A DNA stretch of 64,000 nucleotides. It comes from the human T2T-CHM13v2.0 reference genome, Homo sapiens. Each line of letters opens with the position of its first letter. The first letter of the stretch is position 1. The translations under genes and the position numbers were made by a program. The stretch is taken from the NCBI RefSeq assembly GCF_009914755.1, contig NC_060940.1; one strand, written 5' to 3'. Under the pieces are notes generated by a model that saw only the letters and a program-made list of their open reading frames with translations, searched no databases and had not been told where the DNA came from. Positions 1-12,875 of this stretch are shown here, in pieces.

Positions 1-1527
1 GCTGTGGTGTAATTGGAATCCATCTTGTGTGATTTTTTTTCCCTCAGATGATTTAGAATTAGTTCAATTTATTTTCAAAAAGTATAACCCAATGACAGCA
101 GAAAGGCCATGTCTCAAATTGCTTTCCTGTCCATGGCTAGAGTGGGTGGGTGTCATTTGCTGATTTATTACTCTCTCAGTGGGCTCCTTTCGTTTCTAAA
201 GCCACCTGGAATTATGGCCAGCAATAGAACTCTAAACCAAAGTCAGCTTTGCACGAAAATGCATTTGACTTAAGAGACCACGGAAAATGCTGATTAAAAG
301 TAACCCTGCATGGCAAAATTTGATTAGGAGATCACATCTGAATGGGAACAGGTTCGAGGGAACGGAGGATGAATCAGGCTCAGCAAAGCCAACTTTGATT
401 GCACTTTTCTAAGGGGAGGATGTGGTGCTGATTAAACGTCTGAAATTAGTGGGCAGGGACCATTAACATGCAAAGGACTGATATTAGGCAAAGGTTGTAA
501 AGCTGGAATGGCTGCAAGTCGTAGACATTTAAAACCTAGTTTTAGAAACATCCACCGACCCCTCGGTGAGCTCCTGTGCTTCTGTCACTGGGAGTCAGTA
601 ATTGAATTTTCTGGACATTTTGACCAGTATGTAACTGTGTGGAGCCGATTACACAGCAGAACGCAATTTTTAGCCTGACCTTAAAAGCATTACCTTCTGC
701 TGCGTGATTAGAAAACATACAGAGAGTGCCGCCCTTCTAACTGCACTTGATTTGGGGAAGAAGAAAGAAAAAGAATCACCTTGCTATTTTATGAAACCTG
801 GTAAGATTCATTTAGATTCCACACAGATCATTTAATAACAGATTTTGTAAAATCTTAACATACGGAGCCACCATAAAACGTATTATCTTTTATTACCCAT
901 ACAGAGAATGACATTTTAGATGGTAATAAATTGAAACCCAAGGAAAGCTATTTGCTTTCGGAGAGTGCTTGGCGAATGACAGGAATAGCAGTTTCCCAAT
1001 TTTACACGGTGGCAAATATGGCCCCCCAGGGTCATTGGAGACAGCCCCCAGCTGGCTTTGTTGAGATTTATCTGAGCAACATTCTCTTATACCTCTTTTT
1101 TTTTTTTTTGAAAGATCATTTCCGTCCAAACCTCACCACATGAGGACCCAGTTGTCATACCATAACATCCCTCCTTCCATCCCGTACACCTGGAGATGTG
1201 TGGCTGGCCTAGGGCTGAGCCTGGGGCTGGGACCAGCCAGTGGGGCATCTGCCTCAAGGTGGAAAAGAGCCCAGCCCATCAGCTCCAAAGCAGCCACAGC
1301 CTCCCTCTGCATAGACACCTCTCCAAAGGAGAAGGACCTTCCCTGCACACTCTTGGACAGCCAAAGCCTCATCACCCTGCCACGCCCCGCAAAACCAGGC
1401 TTTCTAGAGACTGATTCAGCCTGTCTAACATTGCCCATGCCTGCCTTTGGACCTGTAACATCTGCAGACCATGAGAGCAACCTGAGGCCAAATTTGCTGT
1501 GTGGTGATCACCATAACCGTTTCTTGA

Positions 1528-1745
1528 TTTACTCATTCATTGAACATTTACTGAGAGTGACTGAGAGTGAACTAGTTTGTGTGATTTTTCCCCCAGGAGA
1601 TTTAGAATAAGTTCAACTTGTTTTCAAAGACTATAACCCGATGACCACATACAGGCAGTGTCTTGGGACCTCAGTGTCTCAAGGGGCAAGGCACTGGGGC
1701 TATGGCAGGAATAAGTTAAAGACAGAATCCTTGCCCTCACCAAGG
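1528..1745 (-). mobile_element. L2 3'-end remnant interrupted by a ~90-bp duplicated segment
   Basis: ATTCATTGAACATTTACTGAG ... AGGCACTGGGG ... GACAGAATCCTTGCCCTCA resembles the reverse-complement L2 terminus. Confidence 0.55.
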
Positions 1746-2096
1746 GCTGTAATAAATACTTAGAAAGTGACTGACACATTGGAAACCACAGGCACCAAAG
1801 GGAAGCTTCTCCGGTACTTGATATTTACCACTTTGTAGATGGCAGGACATTCATCTTCCCACTAGACAGATTTTGAAGGAAAAGGTCTGGTTGACATCAC
1901 ACTTCAAAGGATTGAAATGGAAATATTTTCCAGAGAAATGACAGAGGATGTCATCCTGGGAAGGCAGGCCCCCTGGGAAGCTGGCAGGTGGGCGAGGAAT
2001 GAGGTGCGGCTGGTGAGGCCACGCACCACGTGGAGCCAGGAGGCTGCTGGGCGTCTCAGTGTTCCAGGAAACTCAGCGGTCACCCCCCAGAGAAGG

Positions 2097-2735
2097 TGTA
2101 CTCGTTTCCTGTGGCTTCCATAACAAATGACCACAAAATCCGTGGCAGACAGCAGCACAATATATTATCCTACAGAGCTAGAAGTCAGAAGTCCAAAATA
2201 AGTCTCACTGGGCCAAAACCGAGGTGTCAGCAGGTCTGGATTATTTGTGAGGGCTCCAAGGGAGAATCCATTTTCTTGCTTTTTCTATCTTCTAAAGGCC
2301 CCTGGAATTCCTTGGCTCATGGCCTCTTCCTCCATCTTAAGGCCAACAGTGTAATGTCTCTCCTCGTCTCCCTGTCTCCCCATCCCCCTCCCTCTTCTCT
2401 CTCTTTCCCCTTATTCTTTCTCCCTTTCCCCCCCCCGGACCCCTCTCCCTCCCTTCTTCCCCTCTCCCCCTCCCTCTTTCTCTCTGTCTCCCTCCCTCCT
2501 CCCTCCCTTGCCCTCTCCCTCTCCCCCAACACCATCTTCTCTGCTTCCATCACCCATCTACTCCCGCTGACACTGATGTTTCTGCCTCCCTCTCATGAGG
2601 ACTCTCGTGATCACATTGGGCCCATTCAGTTTTCCAGGGTGGTCTCCCCATTTCAAGATCCTTAACAAAGCCTCTTGTGCCACCTAAGGTAAAATATTCA
2701 CAGATTCCAGGAATTAGAACATGGCCATCTTTGAT
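2097..2735 (-). mobile_element. MaLR LTR (MLT1 family) with internal CT-rich expansion (~2360-2530)
   Basis: TGTACTCGTTTCCTGTGGCTTCCATAACAAATGACCACAAA...CAGAAGTCCAAAAT... is the typical MLT1 reverse end. Confidence 0.75.
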
Positions 2736-2959
2736 AGATGTTTTTCTGTGTGCCATAGAAGATACGAGAGCTTCTAGATCCAAAAGCCTGATGGCATTTA
2801 GAGCTCACTTCCACTGTGCTCGATACATGAACCTGACATTGAGCATCTCACAGCATAATCACAGGACGGACGTGTGAAGGGAAAATTGCTATACAGTGTC
2901 ATTATCTCAACCAAGAGAGAAACACTCACCGTGCCATACAGCCAGGGCTAATGCAGGGA

Positions 2960-3740
2960 AGGCAGGAGTGACTCTGGGAAGACAAACCTTCATGATGGAG
3001 GCAACCTTCAAGCAAGTGATTGTTTGATTATCACTTGCTTGAAGTGATTATCTTCCAAAGGATAAGTGATTGTTTCCTGGGGCTTAGGAGGTGGGGGCGG
3101 GAAATGTGCAGGGAGGGCAGAGGGTACAGCATAAGCCAAGCTGCAGAGATGCGGAGGAGTGAAAAAGCCTAAGAAGGTATGAATTACAAATAGCTCAGCT
3201 TTACAGAATATAACACTGAGTAAGGAGAACAAACAGATGAGGCCATGAAGAGTTTGTCTTTCATGCTTGAAAAACTCAGACATTATCCTGTAGCCACTGA
3301 AGGGTTTTAAGGAGAGTCCTTGGTCAGATGGTAGCTGGACAGTTCGCTCTGGCTGGCTTTGGGGTGGAGAGGGGCATAGAAGAAGGCAGGGGGACCAACC
3401 TGGAAGCTGTTGCATAAGTCAAGGAAGAAGAGATGGGGACTTGACATCATGTGCACACAGAGGTGGTGGAGAAAAGAGGACAGACTCGAGAGGAAGGGGA
3501 GGTAAAATCAGGAGCACTGGATGAGCAGTTGTTTGAGGTAAGAGAGAGGGAATTGCTACAGAGACTCCCAGGGGCCGGCTGGAGATGATCCCTCCGGGAA
3601 GAACGGCCAGGTTGTGGGGAAGATGGGTTCTGATATTGGCCCATGGAGGATAAGGGAGAGCATCTAGTGGAGACATCCATAACAAGATTGAAAGCAGGCG
3701 AGATGCTGTTTGGTGTCTTAGAGAGAGTCTGTTTTTTCTC
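2960..3740 (-). mobile_element. L2 fragment
   Basis: Purine-rich L2 signature such as AGCCACTGAAGGGTTTTAAG...TCGCTCTGGCTG; boundaries approximate. Confidence 0.55.
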
Positions 3741-3894
3741 GAAATGGACGTAAAAAAAAAGAAAGTTTCAAAGAGAACTTTTGGAAAACTATGATTTTCA
3801 TTTTTCATTTAAATTGCATCATAAATGGGTGAGTTTTAAAGTAAAACATCTAAGGGTACATCTTGACCTGCATTGAGTCATACATTCATTCAGA

Positions 3895-4052
3895 ACAATG
3901 CTAACCGAAGTGTGCCCCTAAATCGACGACATCAGCGTCTCCAAGAAACTTGTGAGAAATTCAGATGCTTTGGCCCTGCCCTGAACCTTCTGAATCATAA
4001 ATGCTGCAGGTGGGCTGTCAATCTGTGTTTTAGTACACCCACCAGGGGATTC
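3895..4052. mobile_element. MER5A-like hAT-Charlie DNA transposon
   Basis: CATCAGCGTCTCCAAGAAACTTGTGAGAAATTCAGAT...CTGAATCATAAA...AATCTGTGTTTTA...CCAGGGGATTC resembles MER5A; truncated by the adjacent Alu. Confidence 0.65.
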
Positions 4053-4421
<369 letters not shown>

Positions 4422-5149
4422 TAATGTTGCTATGTCAGGGCCCAGGTCTAGAAAACAAAAGCTAATGTGGCAAATAGTACTTGAGCATCTCAATTACTTT
4501 TTATTTTACTTCAGTGTTACAATCTGTACTTCCTTGTCTGAATCTAACAGATTAGCCTGTTCTGTTCTGCTCCTAAGCAGCCATGTGCTCCTGGGATTCA
4601 CTCTGTTTCCTCTCACTGTGAGTTCCTTGAAGGTAGGGCAGGACGAGAAGGCCTCGAAGGTACTTTTGAGAACTTGTGTCTCTTCACCTCACAAACCTTG
4701 ACTCCAGGCACGCTGGTGGCCCTGTCGCAGCCTGATGTCTCCACTCTTATTCCCAGGCCCTTCTTCCTTCTCTGAATTCTCTCCCCTCACACCCATCCTT
4801 CAAAGCTCAGCTGCAGTCTTACATTAACCTGAAGCCACTGAAAAGCCACCGAAGCACTCCCAGTTAGTAGACAGCTAACTTAGCACAGGCTGCCTGCTGC
4901 CCTGGGGAGCCACTTATATATCTTTTATCTTCACCCAAGCCGTGGCTTCCTTGAAGGTCGAGAGCGTACTTTTTCTTGTCCCTTTGGTGTCCTGAACAGA
5001 ACCAGAATCAGCCTTCCTTTCTTATTCAATGACTACATTTAATAGAGTTTAGGGATTAAAGGTCTCCCACCTTCTTCCATAGAATTTGACTTTCAGTCCA
5101 AGACCCCATCTCTAATCCTATGGTAGGGTATGCCCTTCTGCAGGAATCA

Positions 5150-5605
5150 CTGCTTAATCTCTTCCGGCCTCCACCTCTCCACCTATAATGTCTAAGTCAA
5201 CTGGCCCCTCCTTTGTAATTCCACAGAACTCTGTGCTTACCCCATCTCATTGTGCTGAGCTCATCAGGGTGTTGGTCTCTCCCACGGGACTTGATTCCTG
5301 TTACTTCTTCGCACCATCCCGCACAATGCCTAGCACACAGTAAGTGCTCAATCAATGTCTGATGAATTAAATAAGCTCCATATAGCTTTCCTGAGCACCC
5401 CACATTCTGACCCCCTTCATGTAAACCTTAATTGGTATTAATACCATTCTGATAACACTTATCTCATCTGACCTTACGTACTTGCCTTTTGTTCATCTCT
5501 CTGGACCAGAAATGCACCAAAAGCAGAGTCTGTATCATTTATCACATCCTAGCAGTTATTTGAGCCTAATAGACACTAAATAAATGTTTCAGTGAACTCA
5601 CACTG
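5150..5605 (+). mobile_element. L2 3'-end fragments
   Basis: CACAATGCCTAGCACACAGTAAGTGCTCAATCAATGTCTGATGAAT, then a second terminus-like AATAAATGTTTCAGTGAA. Confidence 0.6.
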
Positions 5606-6502
5606 AATGTCAAGTATTTGCCACCTTGAGCCTACAGGAGATGCTTTTTCCAGGGGTTCTAGGAACGCCATTGGCAGTTTATTTACTGTAACTCATCAGT
5701 GGCAGCAGAAGATGCACACATTGCCTGGAAATGTTTTATTTGATTTTGGTGTCCCTCAACCGCAAATCTATCATTTAGGCTATTCCAGCCACATATGTCT
5801 AAGAGACAGTGTTTATTTCCCCTGCTGCTTCTCCACCCTGCCAGCTTTGTCGCAGCCAGTAAATCTGGAGAAATGAGCGCTGCCTTCTCCTTGCCCACCA
5901 GCCCCCAGCCACGAATGCAAAAATAAATAAATAAAAAATAAAAAACAGCAGGTGACAGCCAAGAATGTGAATGTTCACATTCGTACCAAGAGGTAAGGTG
6001 AAAAGAGGCCTAAAGACAAACACAAGTCAAACCAGGCTCACCCTGCTGCCTGGGAAGATGGAAGAACATCGCTCGACCTCTGCAGTGGGAATAAGGCACA
6101 TTTTATGAGGATGTGTAAGCGGTTCCTGCTGGATTTATGGACTACCTATTCCCAGTGTTATGTGGCCAGAGTGGTTAAATCAAACTCCAGACAGACAACA
6201 ACTCGTTCTGCTTCAGATAGTGTTTTCACCAATCTTTTGCAATATTTATAGACTAGGTGTCAGGTGCAGCCAGCCCGGGGAAGAATGTGGTCCCTGTTTA
6301 GGCTTCATATTGCAAGGACGCTTGTGATGCCCAGCTGATCGGGACAAAGCTAAAGAGGAAACGAATGAATGAATTCCATTACATCTTTGCTATGTAGCTC
6401 ATGTTAATGTTTCTCATTAACGATACCTTAAATGTTAGACTAGAAAGGGATTTGCTAACAAAAATGCCTTCTTACAGCCTTCCTTGACTCCTAGAGCAGC
6501 AT

Positions 6503-6692
6503 GTGTGTGCTGGAGCCCATTCTCACTGGCTCACAATAGCCAACTGGTGTCTCTGTTTCCAACTAAGTGCTTTTGGAGTGGAATCATCTGGGTAGCTTGA
6601 AATCAGCTATGGTAGGAGTAGTTAAACCACCAAAATTGACAACAGTACAAATCAGGAGAATCTGTTCTTAAACAGCTACAGGTATACCACTC
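6503..6692 (-). mobile_element. MER63-like hAT DNA transposon
   Basis: GTGTGCTGGAGCC...GTAGCTTGAAATCAGCTATGGTAGGAGTA...TACAAATCAGG...; related copy at 38035-38236. Confidence 0.65.
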
Positions 6693-7049
6693 TATTCATT
6701 ATTTTTTATATATTATATATAATTGTATATTTATGTAATAGTGTATAAACATACAGTATATAAAACATGTTATTTGTCCTGTAATAATTGTAATCAATAT
6801 TATGCAATAATATGTAATCATATTTATGTAATAGTGGGCTAATTGTGTTATAATATGACTAATTGTTACATAGCTATGATGTCCCAGGCAGTGAATTTTA
6901 TCTCCCAGGCAGAGACATAAAGCCTCTAAACAAGAAAAGGCCCCTGATCTCAAGAAGCTCGGATTGTCATAGCCACGATAGCCACTAAACAAGTAATCAG
7001 TAAACAAGCACATTATAGACTGTGGTAGTGGTAGGTGCTGGGGAAAACG

Positions 7050-7335
7050 GTACTCATTATCTATTGCTGCATGAAAAATTGTCTCAAAACTTAGTGACTT
7101 GAGACAAGAAGCACTGATTATCTCACAGTTTCCCTGCTCAGGAATCTGGGCATTTCTTAGCTATACTCTGTGCTTAATGGGCACTCACAGAGCTACAAGC
7201 AATGTGTTCAGAATCTGCTGTCTTGCTGGAAGATTTGTCTAAGGAAGGCTCCACTTCCAAGTTCACTCAGTGGCTGTTGGCAGCATGGTTGGCAATTGCT
7301 TTTGGCTCTTCCTGAAGGCCACCCTCAGTTTCTTG
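7050..7335 (-). mobile_element. MaLR LTR fragment (MLT1E/F-like)
   Basis: TATCTATTGCTGCATG...AAAACTTAGTGACTT...CCACTTCCAAGTTCACTCAGTGGCTGTTGGCAG. Confidence 0.65.
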
Positions 7336-7371
7336 TTACATCTTCGAAAGACTTCCCAAAAATTCTACTAA

Positions 7372-7556
7372 ATAATAGCAGTAGCATCTCTCCAGCATTT
7401 ACATATGCCAAGCTCTGTATTCAGCACTTTACCTCTTTTAATTCTCACGTATCCTATAAGGATTATTCTCCCCCACTTTACAGATGAGGAAATGGAGGCA
7501 GTGAGAACATAAGCAACTTGGCTGGGATCACTCAGCTACTAAGTCATGGAGCCAGG
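7372..7556 (-). mobile_element. MIR
   Basis: MIR core CCCCACTTTACAGATGAGGAAATGGAGGC. Confidence 0.8.
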
Positions 7557-8629
7557 GTGATAATAATTGATCACATATTGATTGACTCCTTCTTAAATGT
7601 CAACCATCCTATTGTGCACCAAGGTCCCTGCCTTCGTGGAGCCTCTGTGCTGTGAATAATGACCATCAGCAAAGGAGCAGGAATTCACCTGGAGCAAGAA
7701 CTAGAGGTGAAACATTCGATATGGAAAAAGTGGGGTACCATGGAAAGAAATTCGGTCTAGACAAACTGTAAAGAGAGATGTAGAGTGCAGTTCAAGACCA
7801 GGCGAGAGAGAGATGGGGTACTGTGTGGGTTAATGGGAAAACCTTTTTCCACATCACATCTATTTGTTGATTTTCCCCCCACAGCTACCACTATGCTTGT
7901 TATTAGTGATAAATGTTCTGTTAAATGCATACCTGTGTGGAAGTCATTGTAGCTGTGCAAAACGTCGAGGGTCTGGTGATGGATTAAGTGCCAGATTTAA
8001 TGACATGGCTTGATTCTTTTTTCAAGATGAGATGTTTGCTTTTCAAATCAGTGTGATCAGTGAACCTGGCCTGTGTCTGTGGAGATTCACTCGAGGCTTT
8101 TTCTTGCAGACATACCATCTTGCTTTTGTTTCTAGAATATATATTAGCTGGTAGCTAGTTGACACCCAGGAGGAGACAGCAAATGCAATAGAAATGCATG
8201 ACTGCAGAACTCAAACCAGGAGAGCAGCTTGACTCTCTTAGATATGTCTTACAAATCAGATAGCTTCAAATAAAATCAGAGGAGCCAATTTAAGTTTTCC
8301 AGTTTTGACACAGTGCATTTCTTCCTCCAAATAAAATTCTATCTCCTTGAGCTGCAGTTCCGCAAAGTATAAGTCATTCCCTGAGAATAAATGACTTTGC
8401 TTTGGAAATGCCACTGATATGCTCAGACCTTTGAGACATAATTTAGTTCAGGGAAACAGTAATATATCATCATTATCAATAATGAAAGTAAATCGCCCAC
8501 CTTGTGTGCTGACTACTGGCTAGGTGTTGCAGCCAAAGGCATGGTCCTTGCCCTTGAAAACTTTGTCATCCACTTAGGGAGATAGTAAATGGGCATTCAA
8601 AATAAAGCAAAATGGGACACATAGCCTTC

Positions 8630-8975
8630 ATATTAAACAAGGTAAGCTAAGCACAGTCATAAGCAGCCCTTAAACCTAAAAAATGGCTTATGTCTTGCTC
8701 ACATCACAGTCTAAAGCAGGTCACCAAAGGGGCTTTGAGCTATATAGTCATTTGGAGATCCAGGTTTCTTCCTTTTGAGGAAATAGAAAGTGTGAGAGGT
8801 TACATGGGAGGTTTAAGAACCACACCAAGTACATAACTTCTGCTCACGTTCCACTGACCGCAATCAGCCACACAAGTCCATTTGACTGCAAGGACGCCTG
8901 AGCTGTACAGTCTAGCCCTATGCCCCTGGAACCCAAGGAAATAGGATCCAGTGAACATACAACATTGTTTTCACC
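8630..8975 (-). mobile_element. Old MaLR LTR fragment (MLT1J/K-like)
   Basis: ACTTCTGCTCACGTTCCACTGACC...GACTGCAAGG...GTCTAGC motif; diverged. Confidence 0.45.
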
Positions 8976-10055
8976 ACAAGTTCCTTTGCTTGCAAGTAAC
9001 TGAAACTCATTCAGGCTGGTTTTGGTACCTAAAAGGAGCTCTTGAGTATACAGTGGAATGAGTTACAGAATCAACGAAAGCGTTGAAGTCAGGGGCCATC
9101 AAAGCTCCAGTCCTTGGCAGCCAAGCTGCTTCTTCCCGGCAGAGCAGCACCTTTTGCAAAATTCAGCTCAAAAGCTGTTTGGAGTTGCAGTTGATTACAT
9201 TCGTCTTTCCTCTGAGCCTTGAACCAAAGAAACACAGAATCAGGTGAGGCCCAGGGAGAATACAACTTGATCTTGAGAATGGGGTTGACCTTGATAATGG
9301 GGCCCCCTTCTCACTGATGAGTTCACTCACCTAGTGACAGGGCAGCTGGACAAGTGAAAGTGAACCTGGACAAGTGAAGAGGCAGGTTGCCTTCCTCATG
9401 GGCAGAGAGAAGCACAAGGGTGGTGAGTTTCCTCCCAAAACATTCAAGGCAAAAATCCCTCTATTGGTCCTAGGAGTTCGGGGTTTACCCTACATTCCTG
9501 TTTTCCTGACTCTCAGTCCCACATTTCCTCTTTTCAGAATCCAGTTGTCCCAGCTTGAATTAGGGAGTTACCTGTGAATTAGTCAATTCTTGGCAAGAGA
9601 GACAAACATGACAAGTGGCCACTGGGATCTCTTTCTCTGCATCAAAATTTCCTCCTGGAGAAAGGGCATCTGTGGGCTGGACACCTAAAGAGCATCTCTT
9701 CCAGCAGAGTAACAAATGCAGAGTGGCCAGCGAGGGATACAGAATTAAAAATACATGTGTATATTTCAAGTAAGAGTGACTCCGAGAGCTAGGAAATTAG
9801 GGGGTGACTTTCTGGAAAAGGCTCTGAGGATCGGGAAGTAGGTCAGAGGCAAGTGGAAGGTATTCTGATCATGTATGAGCAAGGGAGTTCATGTGGCATT
9901 TTCTCTAATTTTCAAGTGCAAACTGGGTGTTGTACATTCCAAAGGAGGTTACTTTCATTATCGGTTTTGGGGATTTTGTTACTGATCTCCTTGTGAAAGC
10001 AATAATGTTCATTACAGAAAAATCCCCAAATCATAACAGGCCAATAAACTTTTTA

Positions 10056-10478
<423 letters not shown>

Positions 10479-11227
10479 TTAAAATGAACAGCTCTGTAAA
10501 CACTGAGATAAAAGTGATATGGTAAAACAAATTGTGTCGCTATGTAAACAGTATTACTTTGATGAAATGTGTGTGTATATAAATGTGTATATTAAATATG
10601 TGGGTATTTAAAATGTACCTCCGTGTGTGTCCACTTGTATAGGAAAAAGGAGATAACTATCAATATTTACCTCTCACAGGTGGGGTTGGGCAAGGGTGGA
10701 GGAGAGTTCTTTGAAATGACTGTTTTATTTTTATGTTGCTTACAATAATTGGATATTACTTCAGTACTAAAAATATTTTTAAGGTCAGCCTTAAGTTTGC
10801 CAGAAAATTTAGACTTTTGAAACCTCATCGCAAACTTTGCAATTTATCTACATAACAGTCTAATTGATTCTCTACTAGGTTAATCAGTCTATTTCTCATT
10901 ATAGGTGCAAAGTTTTATTTACTTCAGGAGATAGAAATTGGTTCATTTTCTAAAATTATTTATAAAATTTGTTGAACTACGAGAGTTATGCCAATGTATC
11001 CTTCCCTTGTGCTACCGTAAGAATTTGTACATACCCCTGCTAAGCTTTGATTTATTTTATTGCACTCATATGTGAATATGACTGTCCTCAACGCTAAACT
11101 TTGACCTCTTTGGAGAAAGAGACTTGTTTTTTGATCACTGTATCTCTAGTATCCAACACGACATTTAGACAAGAAGTTCATTAACTGCCAATTAAATAGA
11201 TGCATAAACTAGTTAAAGAAAGAATTA

Positions 11228-11520
11228 GACCAGGTGCAGTGGCTCATGCCTATAATCACAGCACTTTGGGAGGCCAAGGTGGGCAAATTGCTTGAGCTAA
11301 GGAGTTCAGGACCAGCCTGGGCAACATGGAGAGACCCTGTCTCTACAAAATTACAAAAATTAGCTGGGTGTGGTGGCGTGTGATTATAGTCCCAGCTACT
11401 CAGGAGGCTGGAGTGAGAGGATTGTTTGAGCCAGGAAAATAGAGGCTGCAGTGAACCATGACCACATCACTGCACTCCAGCCTGAACGACAGAGTGAGAC
11501 CCTGTCTCAAAATAAATAAA
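11228..11520 (+). mobile_element. AluJ
   Basis: Dimeric Alu with J-type features. Confidence 0.9.
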
Positions 11521-12529
11521 TATTTTTAAATAGATAATTACAGTAACTTTCCCTGGGTACAAAAAATTTTCTGTTTAAGGGAAAGTATTAAAAGAGAAAA
11601 TGATGTATTCATAAAATGATAGGAATACTGTTTTGAAGAACCTATTTTGATGCTATTGTATGGTGTGATAGCTCCTATGCTTTCTTGCTAATCAGAGAAT
11701 TGATCATAGTGTTATTGCAATAGTTGCAATATTAGTCAAAACTGCCTTATTCCTACCTACGGAACATCTGAATCAAGTGTCTTGAGGAAAGCCAAAATGT
11801 ATTAGCTCATAGAATTCACAAAATCTAAGGAATAAATTCTGGCTTCAAGGATGACAACTCATCCTTGAATGATGATTAACAACAACAACAACAAACTCCA
11901 TCTCTACCTCTTAGTCTGTGTTTCCTTCATTCTCAGGTTGACTTTCTTTGTGTGGTTACAGGTGGCCATTACTAGCTCCAGATGGATGCCCTAACCACCT
12001 CCAAGTTTAACAGAAAGATAACTTCTTTTCCCTAAGCGTTCTGAAAGAACTAAAGGACAATGTCCTGGAATTGAATTTCACTCCCAGGGTGGACTCACTT
12101 AGGTTATGTCCTCATCGCATGATGATAGGAATGGAAAGCCCTGATTGGCCAGGCCTGAACCATATGACCATCCCTAGATCAGGAGTGGGGTCAGCCCCAC
12201 CCACCTGAACTGTACCTGTACCGAGGGTGAGGAAGGGGTGATGCCCGAGGGAATTATAACATAGGTACCAGAAGAAGAGGGAGTGGGTATCAGGACAGTT
12301 AAGCAGCATACTCCTGCTATAGTTAGTGCTTGAGGCAGTCCTGTAGCACATCCCCACAGCAATCTGTACTGCAAGTTGAAGAATGAATGCTATGAGAACT
12401 TTATCTCCTTCTTATGCCACCATCATAGAGTCACCCTAGTCTCCCAATTTGCTTCACCGCGCAATGTCAGGAGCTGTCCTTTAGAGACCAGCCCTGTCTG
12501 AGATCAAAAGCTAAACATTCTCGTAGGAC

Positions 12530-12875
12530 TGGTATAAAAGTTAGTAACATCCTCTTGGATAAAAACATTGAAATATGAATAAAAAGCCTGAAAACATTCA
12601 TACTCTTTATCCTAGTAATTCCACATCTTGGGATCTATCAGTCAAAAACAAACCAAAAAAATTTTTAAAAAGCAGCCAAAATGTATATAAGCCTTCATGA
12701 ATAAAGATGTTAATTGCACTGTTATTTAAAATTGTCAACATTTTGAAAACCACAAATAACCAAAAGGCCTAATAATAGAAGACAAGTAAATTATAAAATA
12801 TACATATGATTATATTGTAGGCAACCCTTAAAATAACATCTAGGAATTATATTGGTAAATATTATATGTGAAAAA
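12530..12875 (+). mobile_element. Old L1 (L1M) fragment
   Basis: CCTAGTAATTCCACATCTTGGGATCTATC...AAGATGTTAATTGCACTGTTATTT, similar to the L1 ORF2 end/3'UTR. Confidence 0.55.

Noticed and set aside
2030-2665. 211-aa Pro/Ser/Leu-rich ORF
   Set aside because: Lies in an MLT1 LTR and a CT-rich tract that lacks stop codons by composition.
9346-9380. Short direct repeats (CTGGACAAGTGAA x2; also CAAAATATCATATTG x2 at ~18104-18139)
   Set aside because: Ordinary slippage micro-duplications with no sign of function.
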